Made by a program: the position numbers and the translations under genes. Positions 48,101 to 61,000 of a stretch of DNA of 64,000 bases are shown here, piece after piece (positions within the stretch are counted from its first letter, which is position 1; the number at the start of each line of letters is the position of its first letter). The notes under the pieces were generated by a model. That model saw nothing but the letters and a program-made list of their open reading frames with translations, did no database searches and had not been told where the DNA came from. Origin of the DNA: Phoronis australis (Eukaryota > Animalia > Phoronida); NCBI GenBank assembly GCA_002633005.1, contig NMRA01000143.1, positions 191,402-255,401 of the forward strand. Direction: 5' to 3'.

Positions 48101-49039
48101 TGGCCGAGGTAACGTATTGAAAGTCTTGACTTTCTTGTTTGAAAACTGGTTTGTATATTCCCATTTTTTCAAACTGTTAAGGTTCTCAATCGAGTGTATG
48201 GATTTACATTGGATTGTTGGTCATTCAGTTGCTGGTTACGATTTTAAAGTGTCTGAAATCTGTTATCAGATTCATTTGTGGCTATCTAGTTTTGCACTCA
48301 CTAAAATGCGGTGTATTGGATGGAAGTTTGCAGTTTAATTTCCATCGTGATTTTAGTGTCTTCGTGCTGTTCTGTTGCTCCAAGATATTTCTTTGTTAGG
48401 TAAAGTTGTCAATTGGCCTGCTTCGTTTTGACTAATTAGACTTTCATCTTGAAACAACACACTTCCCACTTGATCAGATAAATGACATTAAATACTTAAG
48501 TTTTGCTAACGAGCTATCTCAAAAATGCTTTGCAAAGAATTGAAGCTGTCAGTCTTGATTCTAATGTTAAGTTTTCAGTTTTCTTTAGCCTTACAAATTG
48601 TCATCAATTCATACCATGTTGTAAAGCTTACAATTTCTCTGTCCTAACTGTAGTCTACACTTGTAGGTGTTGTATTTATCCACCAGCTGTTGACCGTGTC
48701 ATGTATTCAAGATTGAACCAAGTCACCGTCACTTGCAAGTAAAGGTGAGAACATTTTGTTGTTATAAGTGGCTGTCCGTCGTTTACCTGAGACTTTGCTT
48801 ACCATAATGCTGCATGTGTAGGTGGCCAGATCCGGTGATGACCTGGTTGAGTGCCAATGTCAATAGTATGTTCGTTCTGCATAGGGTGAAAAGAAACTGT
48901 TGAAACAAGGAATTCACTGAATGTCATGAGATTTCTGGGGACTCTCAATTTAGCGCATATCTGACAGATTTTGTGGAATAGGAACTTCGGAGGTAGCAAT
49001 GTGGTCGGTTGCTTTTCAGTTACCTAAAATTAACTGAAG

Positions 49040-50000
49040 TACATCCCATCAGCTTCCACAGTTCTGGCCGTGTATCTTCAAAGGTTCTCAACGGATTTTC
49101 ATAAAATTTGGTAGGTAGGCATCTATTGGTGAGATGACGCTATCCTACCATTTTTGGATGGATTATTTTGCACCACCTAATGGTCATTTTACAGTTTCTG
49201 AATTTGTTTTTGCCCCTCTATCACCCAAATCACTCTAAGGATGATTGTGTCATATATGTTCCTACATTGAAGAGGACCGTTGGCAATGATTTGCCCACTA
49301 CTTTGGTGCCTGCTATTGGCATTTTTTGTGCCCGTGGTTGTATCTCTTACACTCTGCAGGATCTTTAATATATTTAGCAAGTGTATTTATATGAGGTTGA
49401 TGACCACGATGACTTTTGGACGGATCTGACGAACGCTGTGCCCCCTAGTGGCAATTTCTTTTTTCTGTTTTCTGCTGTTTCTCTGAAGTTCCATGACAGA
49501 ATTTTTTTTTTTGAAGCTTGGTTTATAGATTTTTATTAAAGAAATGATGACAAGTTCCTGTTTTTGGATAGTTTTAACTTATTTTACGTCATCTGGTGGC
49601 CATTTTTACTGTTTATTTGACGTATAGCTCTTGCTTTTATTATCATGAAATTCTGCAAACAGGTTTCTATTAAAGAGGTAACGACGCCTTCTCATTTTCG
49701 GGCGGATTTGACATATTCTGTGCTACTCAGTGGCTATTTTAAAAATTTTTAGTTCATTTTTAATATCACCCTCTTCATCCACCAAACCGCTTGAAGGATC
49801 ATTATTAAAATTTGGAGATGTGTTCCTGATGACATTGGTTTTCCGACATGTTCAACTACTCTGGCATCCCCTAGTGGCAATTTTTTGGGTTCAAATAATT
49901 TTGAGAGACGGCAACACTTTTCCATGTTTGGATGGGTTCAATGTATTCTGTATCATCAAATGGCCATTTTTATGCTATAAATAAACACCCCTAGAAGCAC
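49040..50000. repeat. Degenerate interspersed repeat with internally reiterated modules
   Basis: Recurring AAAATTTGG / TTTTGGA(T/C)GGAT / CCCCCTAGTGGCAATTT / TGGTGGCCATTTT modules; family not identified. Confidence 0.45.
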
Positions 50001-51137
50001 ACGGTTTGCGGCTGTGGCGTAATTCAGGAGAAAAGGCAAGACAATACCGAATCATTTTCATTTAATTATATTCAAGTCTCTATGAGCTCTTATTAAGGCT
50101 GTTGTTTATTAATTCCATTTCACACTCTTCTGCACATTTCAGGGTGCTAGTAAGGAACCAGAAGCCAAGTTTGAAGCCTCCTGTAATGAGCTGTCTTGTC
50201 ACTGAAAGACAGTTTGAGTCAACCCATCATTTGCTTGGGGATTGAAAGTCAAATATTGTAGACAAATGCACTGATGGACGTTAATGTGATGACACAGAGC
50301 TGGACGTTGGGGTGCGATGGATATGTGTGTGTAAATTAATGCAGTTCATTGTTAAATGGTTGCGGATATTGTAAGATAGACTATGTTGTTAGTTATAACA
50401 CTACGTTCAACAGTAATGCCATTGTGTGTAGTTGTGTGTAACAGTTGTACCTGCAGGATTTCCAGGAATCAGTTTTGACATTGTGTTGTTGATTGAGTGT
50501 TGAAGCTGTGCATAACATTTTGTCTTATGCCATCAGTCACATATGTTTGTATACAGTGTGGTATAATAGTAAATATTTTATCCATTTATTTAACTTATTA
50601 TTTTTAAAAAAATTAAAATCATGTTGCAGAGAATTGTTCACTCGCCATTGCGTGAAACAGGATGGCCCAAAATAATGGTTGTATTACATGGATCCTTATG
50701 GAAAGATATGGGTATGGATGAGTTGACCCACGTGGCCTCCAGTATATCGGCCAATTTGAAAGACTTGTAGCCCATGTCAGTCCATCTTCTAATTTTAATG
50801 GGTCTGTTGACCCGAGTTGAACAATCACAGAACGTTAATGAAATTATTTTTGCACCAATTCGCTGGGCGCTGTTGAATTATTCGTGTATTACATTACTAC
50901 ACGTAACTGAAAGGGATTTGTCAAGATCCTATTTGCATGTTGTGCTACTTTTTTGTTTTCAACTGGTTAATGACATTGGAATGGAAATTTCAGCGGGGAT
51001 GACTAAAAGGTAGCACTGTCCGACTGTCAGCAGTCTACTGCATTGTCACACAATAGGTCGACTTGGCTTGTGCACCAAACTGTATGAGTTGGGATGAATA
51101 GTACTAAAGAAAGCTGATATATTTGAATAGCAGGGCG

Positions 51138-51300
51138 TGTCATTTGTACTGTACATTTAATAATGTTATGTCATTTGCACTGTACATTTAATAATGTTAT
51201 GTCATTTGTACTGTACATTTAATAATGTTATGTCATTTGTACTGTACATTTAATAATGTTATGTCATTTGTACTGTACATTTAATAATGTTATGTCATTC
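51138..51300. repeat. 31-bp minisatellite (TGTCATTTGTACTGTACATTTAATAATGTTA, ~5 copies)
   Basis: Read directly. Confidence 0.93.
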
Positions 51301-54300
51301 TGTATATGTTCACTCTACTCAATACACTTCCAATTTATAATCCATGAATTTTATTTTGATATGTCTGAATTTACATTTGTTGGTGGTTATTTTAATCTTA
51401 ATATATTTTGTATCAGTAAACATGACTTGTTTGTTTACCTCTCACATAATCATGCATGTGGGTTTATGTTATTGGTTTTTAAAACAAAACAGTGGTGTCA
51501 TAGCAAATCTCATTTGTTCAGTGCGTGACCCTTGTCCAAAACAAAAAGAATGTTCTACTTTTAATTGCTGGACTTGGTGTGTCCAATAAGACAAATTAAA
51601 CCGTCTTTGTTTATCAAAATGAATACCAATGATATCACCCCCATGGTAGAAAAAATCAAAACTTGGAAAACTCAAAAATCCCTGCTTTGTGTCAGTCACA
51701 ATGGATTCAAGACCAAATTGTGCAAATTGAGGATTTCAAGAACTTTAAAATATTTAGGTTACACAGGGTTTGGAATTTTCCTCGTTTTAGAGGATTTCCT
51801 TTTCTGGTTTTGATAAATTTCGGTTAAATTTCACCACACAAAAATATTTCTATCACCTGCTACTTGTGGGACGATTACATTGCCTGGACAATTTCCTCTT
51901 GATCATTCCAAGCCCTGGTTGCAGAAACAGCGTACAGGACAGCAGACAACTTTATTTTTTAAATAACAGGAATGAGATGAATGATTGAAAGTGTATTCGG
52001 AGGTTTCTGCGGTACGGACGAGGAAGTTCAGTGTATTCGTTTTCTATTAGAACAACCCATTTCGGACAATTCGATCCTTAACTTGGACACCCCGTGAAGC
52101 TTGACGAAACCGGCTGCGGCTGTCCGACACACGGTGAGCTCGGCTGTATATTTTGCATAATACATCAGCTTTTGTGCTAGTTTTTATTTCCATTAAGCTA
52201 AATTGATGTAATCGCATTGACCCTGAACAGAAAGCGCTGGACCCTTCGGCAACTCGACAAAACGAGTGACTTACCATGCCAAGATAACTGTGAACCGCTA
52301 GAATTTGGTGCAAAAAGGTAATGAAAATTGGAAACCTCTGTCACGATAAGGATTATTGCGAGCTCAGTTTTGTGAGGGTGGGTCTCATTCGATTTTTGTT
52401 TTTGCCAGTTCGTGAGGTCTGAGCTCAGGAGTGGGTTAGTTACACAACTGTTAACTAAGACCTAGCATGAGAACATCTGCCAGATCACGGACAGCGGTCA
52501 TTGTTCTTCAGTGGAACTATTTTAAAATGTGCAGAGAGTGTTTGACACATTTGTACCTCTGGCTTTGTTTCTTGGTTTATATAGTGGTGCTTGGTGTTAC
52601 AAAATTTAATTATTCCACTATCAGGGGTCTCATAACAAAAATCCAAGTATTGAACTTTTAAAAGGACTCCTTTACTTCTTTATTCGGTAAGTCGAATTTT
52701 TGCATGCTAAGTACTATAATGCCTAAGATTTTCTGGAAAACAGATGGTTGACTACAGCAATTTAAAAATCATTCTAAAGCCCACGACAATAAATGAAATG
52801 TAATAACATTAACTTTACGCACATTATTGCAATTCCATGGGAATGTGTAACTTGTTTTAATGTGGATATGTAGGCGTATCTTTGGCAATGTGGGTCTATT
52901 TTAACCTAAAACATAGTTACCCTTGTGGTCGACATAAGATAATTCAAAATTAACTATCAAAATTGAATGAGAAATATGCAACAGTTGATAACCGAGTGCT
53001 CAGGCACATTCCACTCGCAGGCAGCTAGACGGCTCTGTGGTAAATCAAACGCGAAGCTGTACGCTAAAACGTAAACTAATCGCTGCACACTTGTTGGGCT
53101 GTCCGCCGGGCCTACCCCAAATTACGGACGCTGGACTTCAGACACTGAGTGCGGAATGCAGCTTTAAATTTCCGTCAGAAATTAGATAGGCCTATCTGGT
53201 GGATATTAGACACACTTCCACCTGAAAGTCGTAGGCCTATGTACGGCGCATAAACTCCAGATATAGCCTTTGTCTGTATTGTTTGTTTTTATACATACAA
53301 CACGCCAAATAGGAATTTTATTCCGTGAAAAAAGTTGCCAAGGAAACTTATCGATGAGAGACACAGCGGCGGATAGGATATGAGGGCCGGGAACCAACAG
53401 TTTTCATTTTGTGATATCTACTCTCAAAACAAACACGCGCACACACAAAAACAAGCCTGGACCCAACGATTGACTCGGAGCCACAAAATTAATGTCATAA
53501 TTTTATTTTTCCCGGAGTGCCTTTTCAGTAGCATTTCTTTTAGTCGACCGTCGGCCAAGATCGGGGGGTTGCTTTGTGAAATGACGTAGTCCTGGTCTAG
53601 GTCTAACTTAAATCTTGTTTAATATAAAAAACTTTATGAAATAGGCAGTAAATCTATGTCGCGAATGCTTGATATAATCTCAGTCAAGTTCGCGCATTCC
53701 ACTATAGGTGTCCATTTCATGATAGTGACTTTAAGAGACACTAAATTTACGTTCCACTTCACCTTCCATGAAACAGCTGATAGGGCCTATCAAGTTCACG
53801 CAGTCAAAATTCCAACCTAATCACGCACGACACTCAAATTAACGACCGCTCCATACGCACGAGTTACGTCAGTGCACATGCAGGGCCCTACAGCGGGGTC
53901 CGTAACGCTAGGACCTCGCTAAAAGCTAGCCAAAATCACGTGTTCTCGTTTAAAATACAGGGAGTGGACCTAAATGTCTTGACGCATGGTCTAATGCGAT
54001 TCGGGTCACTGGTGAGGAAAGGAGCTATAAGTTTGCGAACGTGGTTACCGGATTACCATCGCCGTACTATCCCCGATCGTTTGGGTGCCTTGTTGTAGGC
54101 CTACTGCCATCCTCCCGAATTAAGGTGCATCCGTGATCACCCGGGTATCCTGATGGAAACTCTGACTCGACTCCACTATCTTTAAACGCCCCCGGTTGCT
54201 GATGACCAGATGACCTACATAAATTCTCTTATTCAGACCTTCGAACGCGTTTCACCTGTCATATTGTTTACTTGTACAGGCGAACAGTCTAGGCGTGATA

Positions 54301-55003
54301 TTGTTGTTGAAACATGCGAGTATGACCCTGTTGTACAGCAAATGCAACTTAGTTGGCATCGTTGGCGCGCGATTCGCCCAGGTACGTTGTTTTCTAAATC
54401 CCCCTATGCACATACTTTGACCGAAGTGCATGCATGTAAACTTTGACTCCTCTGTCCGGGTCACTAGGTTTGACGGCTAGCTGCCCCTACCCAGTAGTCA
54501 CAATTTCCTCATGAATTGCAACCTCAGGTTGCAAACAGTGTTTGTGACCGCACCCTTGCGGTGATCGCCAATTTCGCGCACCTTCGGTAGTTCAACAGTC
54601 ATCTCCCCCGGGGTAGGTCTACTACCGACAGTACGAAGACAGCGTACCACCTCAGGCCCCAGTACGGTCTGATCATCCCATGGGCACTCCATACGCCGGA
54701 CTTTTCGGCGAATTATGCCGGACTGATCATGTTGAAGTCATGTTGCTATAAGTATACCTTGTGCCCATAGTTAGGAGGCCCTTGATGTCTTTTGAGCTCC
54801 TCCTATCTCGAACAAATACTCATTCAGTAGCGGCAATTCGGAGGCTATTTTTACCTTCAGTTGCTCGCGGTAAGGGACGTGACGCCAGAAGGTGTCGGTG
54901 CAACTAAACAGCAGACGATATCAGACGCTTGCTTGGCAATGTACGGCAATCCCCTATACACTAAGGCTACTTCATATCACAACAATCTCACTCACTCCTG
55001 CAG

Positions 55004-58000
55004 AAGCGGAGAATTTCTCAGCAAGTTGTTGACGCTGTCAGAAACATCATTGGGCCGGAAAACACGATGACCTCTCTTCCGGTGAGACAGCAGCACCAAA
55101 CAGACGAGTCATACCATATGTGAGTGACGTTACTATAGATGACGGCTAGTTATTGATTATCTTACCTTGTTCGTCAATTCTTGTGTCGGTGAACATTTCT
55201 ACCCACAGCCGGAGAACAATATACTGCATTCGATTTTGAAACAAAAAATGTTTTGTGGCCTTCCGTTAGCCATGAAACTTTCATGCAAAGTTTGAAGCCA
55301 AGACATAAAGTTAGCTAAATAGGCAAGCATTCTATCTCTTTAGGCTAGAATTATTAGATACGTTTGTATCGGAATAATGAGTAAAAATTAAAGCATTCAA
55401 GCTTGCATGTCTGTCCTTTCCCAGACATTTCCTATAGTATTCCAGCCCATTTCTTGGCTGGGACGTTTTTGTAGAGGAGAACCGCCTGATGTGGTGGCGT
55501 TCCCCCAATCCACCGAACAGGTCAGCCGACTATTGCTAATGTGCAACGAAACCAGGACTCCGGTCATACCATGGGGCACAGGAACAGGAGTAGAGGGCGC
55601 CGCCGTCGGGACAAGGGTAAGGAACAGAATCGCATGCGGGAAGCTGCTCAGGGCTTCCGATGTATCGATACTTAGGCTTGATACTTGACTGATTCTGATA
55701 GGGTTTTACCGAGTGTCCTGTGCACCGTACCAAATTGTCACAACTTCGAAACTGTCTTGGGACAGCCTACAGGCCCAAATTGTCACAAAAAATTTTGTGT
55801 CTGTCTATTTGGGCCTGTACTATAGAACAGGCTCTAATTGTTACTACTGAAATTGTCACAACGTTCCAAACTGTCACAATAATGTAGTCAGAGAAATTAA
55901 CTTGCTATGAAGATGGAATACTCCGTTAAAAAGACGCGCTTTATTAATTGCTGAATGAAAACACTTTTTGTTTTAAAACTGATATCTACGTAATTTTGCA
56001 ACTGTAGTGGTTTATAGGTATACGTAGGGCAGTCGCCAGATTCAACCGTGTAGGGCCTACATATGCACAGATCGTTAAACCTGGTTGCGGAGCATTTTTC
56101 TTATGCCGGCGGAGACCCATTCTTAACACGGGCGGCACCCATGCCACACAACTCTAAAACCTTATCACGCACAAAACATTTTACCACGGAAACGAAACTC
56201 CAACCGCTGACAGGCACGCTCACCACGGACAATTTCCAATGCAAGTGACCGAAATGTGGAATCGAGTTTCTACCCGGTTACAACCTCTGACGTCTCTGCC
56301 TTATTCGGCCGTGGAACGAGTGCCGGTTTGTCTGTGGCTTGAGTTCTGATTTGGAGGTAAGAGTGTTTAGTGCATGGTATTTTTTTTTGCTTTTGTTGTA
56401 TGCCAGGGGTGTGTGCCTGTCGTAAGAACGTGTTTCTATCCCTGAACTGTCTTGCATTGTTACATGCTGTTGTAGACAACCTGGATTTTTTAAGTATAAC
56501 CCTGACTTAGTTTAACACTCCAAACAGTATTATGCGAAAGAGAAACGCCCTGGAGCAACACGGCAGCGTCTTACTAGCAGTGCGTTGCACATACTGGCTA
56601 ACTCTCAGTGACATTAGTTGCTGGTGGCTAATCGCCGTATACAAGGGACACGAGACCGAAAGCGAGAGAAAATCATTTTCATAGCGAAAATATACACATA
56701 TGCACACACAAATGAATGGAAAACGAAATTTTCGTTCAAGTAGCAAGTATTAAATACCTCACAATTGCAGACATGTTCTTGGCGATTTTTTATGTTTGTT
56801 GTCGTGCTTATGTTTTCTCTTGGATATTTGTAAGCGGGTAGAAAAAGCCCGCAATTTTGAGGTATATGAGACTAAATGGTATACATGGATATAGATAAAT
56901 CCAAACTTTACAAGCGCCTTGGTGACGTGTAAAGGTGAGTTACACCGCTGCAAGTATGCGTGATATCGCCAATGACATGTTGGTGTTCACTTTTGATTCG
57001 AATAAAAACTGATGAAAAAGGAAATTCACGGCAGTCCATGTACCTTTCACCTAAAGTGAAATAACGCGTAGAAAAGTGTCACCCTTTCACCGTTGCTGTC
57101 GTTTTAGATCTGATTGCCACCCCTTATCCCTAGCCTAGTACCCTAAAAACACCCGGTTTACGCACGAGCATTTTCAAAAAACGCCTGTCACTGATTTGCG
57201 ATTTTGTGTTATACCCCTTAGAAAAGTTTAATCTGAGCGACCAACAGAATCGCGTCTTATATTTTCATACATAAAAATGCACCACTTTGGGTTTAGTAAT
57301 TCGTGACTGGATGCAAGTTTGTTACGGGGCGATTCTCTCGAAACATGCCCCAAACTTTTTGCTAATTCCTAGTTGAGTTAGGGAGCTGGAACTTTTGTAT
57401 AGGCCTGCACTATTCTTTTGAAAGCAACGCTGTTGCACGCGTTGCGAAAAGATTAATCAATGCCTTTTGCTAGTGGTTTTTCGGCAGTGTGTCGACTTTG
57501 CGCTCGACGGATGTATTTCATAGAGTAGCACGGTTTTCAATTTGGAAAGGCGCACTGAGTTGTGACATTTCCAGCACCTGCTGTAAAAGTGTTTGAATTC
57601 ATTGTTGTAATACTTTTCTTTCAGTTAGACTCTCTTGTCAGCTCAAACAGACCATAGGCTCGTTCCAAGACTCCAAGTTGACTTAATTTTTTTCTTAAGT
57701 CTGAGATTTGTCTCAACCTCCAAACTTCGAAACTTCCACATCCGACCATTTTCTTGGAACTTGCTTAACATATTTTAAAATGGACTGAACTTAAAGATTT
57801 GCCGTGCCTAAGTCAGTGTTCTTAGAACGGGTCCCATTTTTATAAACATTATTTCATGCTTCCCCGTGCTTCATTGAACTAAATGCAACAAATGTAGGGA
57901 AGACCTCCGGCACGTGCCCAGAACGCTAGCACTAAAATAAAAAAGCCAACATCTGCGTAAGCTCAAAACATAAAATTGACGGTCTGCAAAATTTGAAGTT

Positions 58001-61000
58001 CTTGCCTCTGTTGGAAAAATTATGAGCAAAAGTTTGCGGCGTGTTTCGGGAGAATCACCCTGAGTATTTGTTTTTGGTTTTATGTTTGAATGGGGCTTGC
58101 TGTAAATATTAACTTGTTCTGTTAATTAAACCTCATTTTTTTCAATCTAGTGATCATGTATATTGTACAATCGCGGAGGGTAAATAGATAATCCGCACTT
58201 ACCAAATCCCAGTGAGCTCACAGGTGAAGTGAAACATTTTCCGGAGACTTTTTTAAAGTGTAACAAATGTCAGGCCGTTGCTTCGGGTATAACGCCAGTC
58301 TTAACTTTGCTTGTCCGTTGCCACGCCTTTATGACGTACGGAATTACTGGTAGGCTGGATTTCACGGTAAAACGTTCATTTATGCAAGGTATTTATTTAA
58401 TCATACTTCGTCACGAATTATAATGAACTATCATTTTCAGTTGCCTTCCTACCGAAAGTTTCATAATTTGTGCCCTTGACAGTCTCTAAGACATCCTGGA
58501 ATATGTCAGACAGTCACAGGCTCAAATGGACTTACACAAAAATTGTTGACAATTTGGGCCTGCAGCGCTGACCCAAATTGTCACAACTTAAAAGTTGTGA
58601 CAATTTGGGACGGTGTGACAATTTGGGACGGTGTGACAATTTAGGCCTGCACAGTGTTCTATGTTATCACGGAAATGCCGACAGCATGTCAGCATGTTTT
58701 CAAAACGGCTGTAAGCAATAAAAACGCTTCAGAATTTTGGTTTTGGTATTTTCACTTGTTATTGTCAGGTCATTTCTCTCGTTCATTCTAGAATTGTGCA
58801 TATTTTGAGACCATTCCAGGTGTCTCATGGGTGCAATAATGTTAAGTAGGTCTCACTTTTTGTTGTTCAAATACTGGTCTCGCCTATCGTTAAAAGGTTA
58901 ATATTGGTTTTACGGCACAAACTGATTTCATGTCATTATTATTTGATGGCAATTCGTGAAGTTTGATCGGAACTATAAAACAACAAACTCCGTTGTGTTG
59001 TTGTGATTTTATTGCGAATCCAAAGTTCTCGCCGTTGTCTGGCGGACTTCATTTTATCCCTGTCACTTAGCAGCGATAGCAGATTGTCAGGGTGCAACTG
59101 CGGGGTTCCAGATGCAATTCCGCGCTGGAGGTGATCGCAGAAATAGATGTCCTGGCACGATATTGTCCCTTTCAATTGCACGAAATGTCATGTACCTGTG
59201 ACTGTTTAGGACACTAGGAGATTTGTTGTGAATATTATAAGGGCTTACTCATTGTGAACTAATAGAGATATTTTGAAGGGTTAAAATGCACGCTGACCTG
59301 CATGTTCCTTCTGCGTCAGGGAGCTGTAACTATAGACGTGAGTCAAATGAACGAGATTCTTAGCCTGAATGCCGACGATTTCGACGTAACTGTCCAGCCC
59401 GGCGTTACACGGATTGCTCTGAACGAACATCTTCGAGACACGGGTCTGTGGTTTCCGGTAGGTAGGTACATATGATAGGATAGTATAATTGCGTCTCTTG
59501 ATAGCCAAAAAATCGTGACTACAAGCCACACTAAGATATTAATTAGGATACCGCAGTACGTTAGAAAGTGCTATGGCTTATTCAGCGTCTTCATCAGTTG
59601 TTCACGTATATGTATAACATTTTTCAGCGGTATGCTTGTTGTCTGGATAACAAACCAGAATCTAACACAGTTATATACTATCCGGCCTAATTCTGTCAGG
59701 AATACCCGGTTTCTATTGAGACCATTTAGTCTTGAGAGGCATTGAATTTGAAAGACATGTTTTAGGAGAATGCCCGTTGCATAATGAAGTGAGAAAGCCA
59801 ATAAAACAAATGTAAATATGAGACAGTATGTATACGATTATTCTGATGGAATCAAAGGTCGTAGTTGCGGCAGTTTCGGAAATGAATTCTGTCATGTTGC
59901 TGCTCCTGTGTTGATGTATTTTTTGTTTATGATTTTGGTGGTGGCTTTTATACTTCATTATTGACTTGCCGTCACGAAATTCATCTCAAATTGGAGATGA
60001 TTTCAGTTTGTTATTGCTTGCCGATAAGACTGCTAGAAGATGTCTTGTCACAGCGAGTCGGCCATTTATGCACCGAGCGTAGCATAGTCTTAACTATAAA
60101 TGAGCTTTCAATTCTTTGTAAACTCAAATATCATTTTAGCCTTGTGAATAAGAAATAGGTTGAGAACAATTTTATCGCGGTAATGTGTAAATGAAGAGTT
60201 CGCTTGAACGTAACTCGGATGTATAGCCGGTTAACGGATAAATGTTAACACAAACAAATGTTTGGTATGACGCCCACAAAAACGCCCATATTTCTGGTCT
60301 CTTGACAGATCCTGGCGCCTCCGCCAGCCTTGGCGGCATGTGTGCCACCAGCGCATCGGGCACGAATGCCGTGCGATATGGCACAATGAGAGAGAATGTT
60401 CTTAATCTCGAAGTGGTGCTAGCTGACGGCCGTGTCATACACACAGCGGGGGAGGGGAGGCGAACGAAGTAAGATGACAAGACGACCAGTTAATTTTAAT
60501 TTGTTCTTGAATTGATATTTCAAATTCTACATTCAACTTTAGTTTCCGTGACTCCACAAAACAATCATATCCATAGATAAACGTTATTGCGCCCTCACTG
60601 CTTTCAAAATGCTGGCAGGGATAGAGAATAACGTCTCACACGCAAGTGAGAGAAAAAATATGCCTCGCGCATTTATTGCCAGCGAAACAAAACTTTTATT
60701 TTAGAAATTTCATCGTGCAGACATTGCAGATCTGCTGATTAGAGAAACGAAAAGGCATAAAATTTCATTAAACGTTACACTGTCCGCAGCCTTAATTGTG
60801 CATTTCAGAAAAACCTCTGCTGGTTACAACCTGACAAATCTCTTCGTGGGCGCTGAAGGCACGCTTGGTATCATCACCTCGGCCACTCTACGACTGCACG
60901 GCATCCCCGAATCGGTATAGCGTGATTTGTTGAAAATGTACAGGTGCTTAAGCTCAGTACCTGAAGTTTCTTTGCGCGCTTCCTTCTGCCACGAGTTTGT

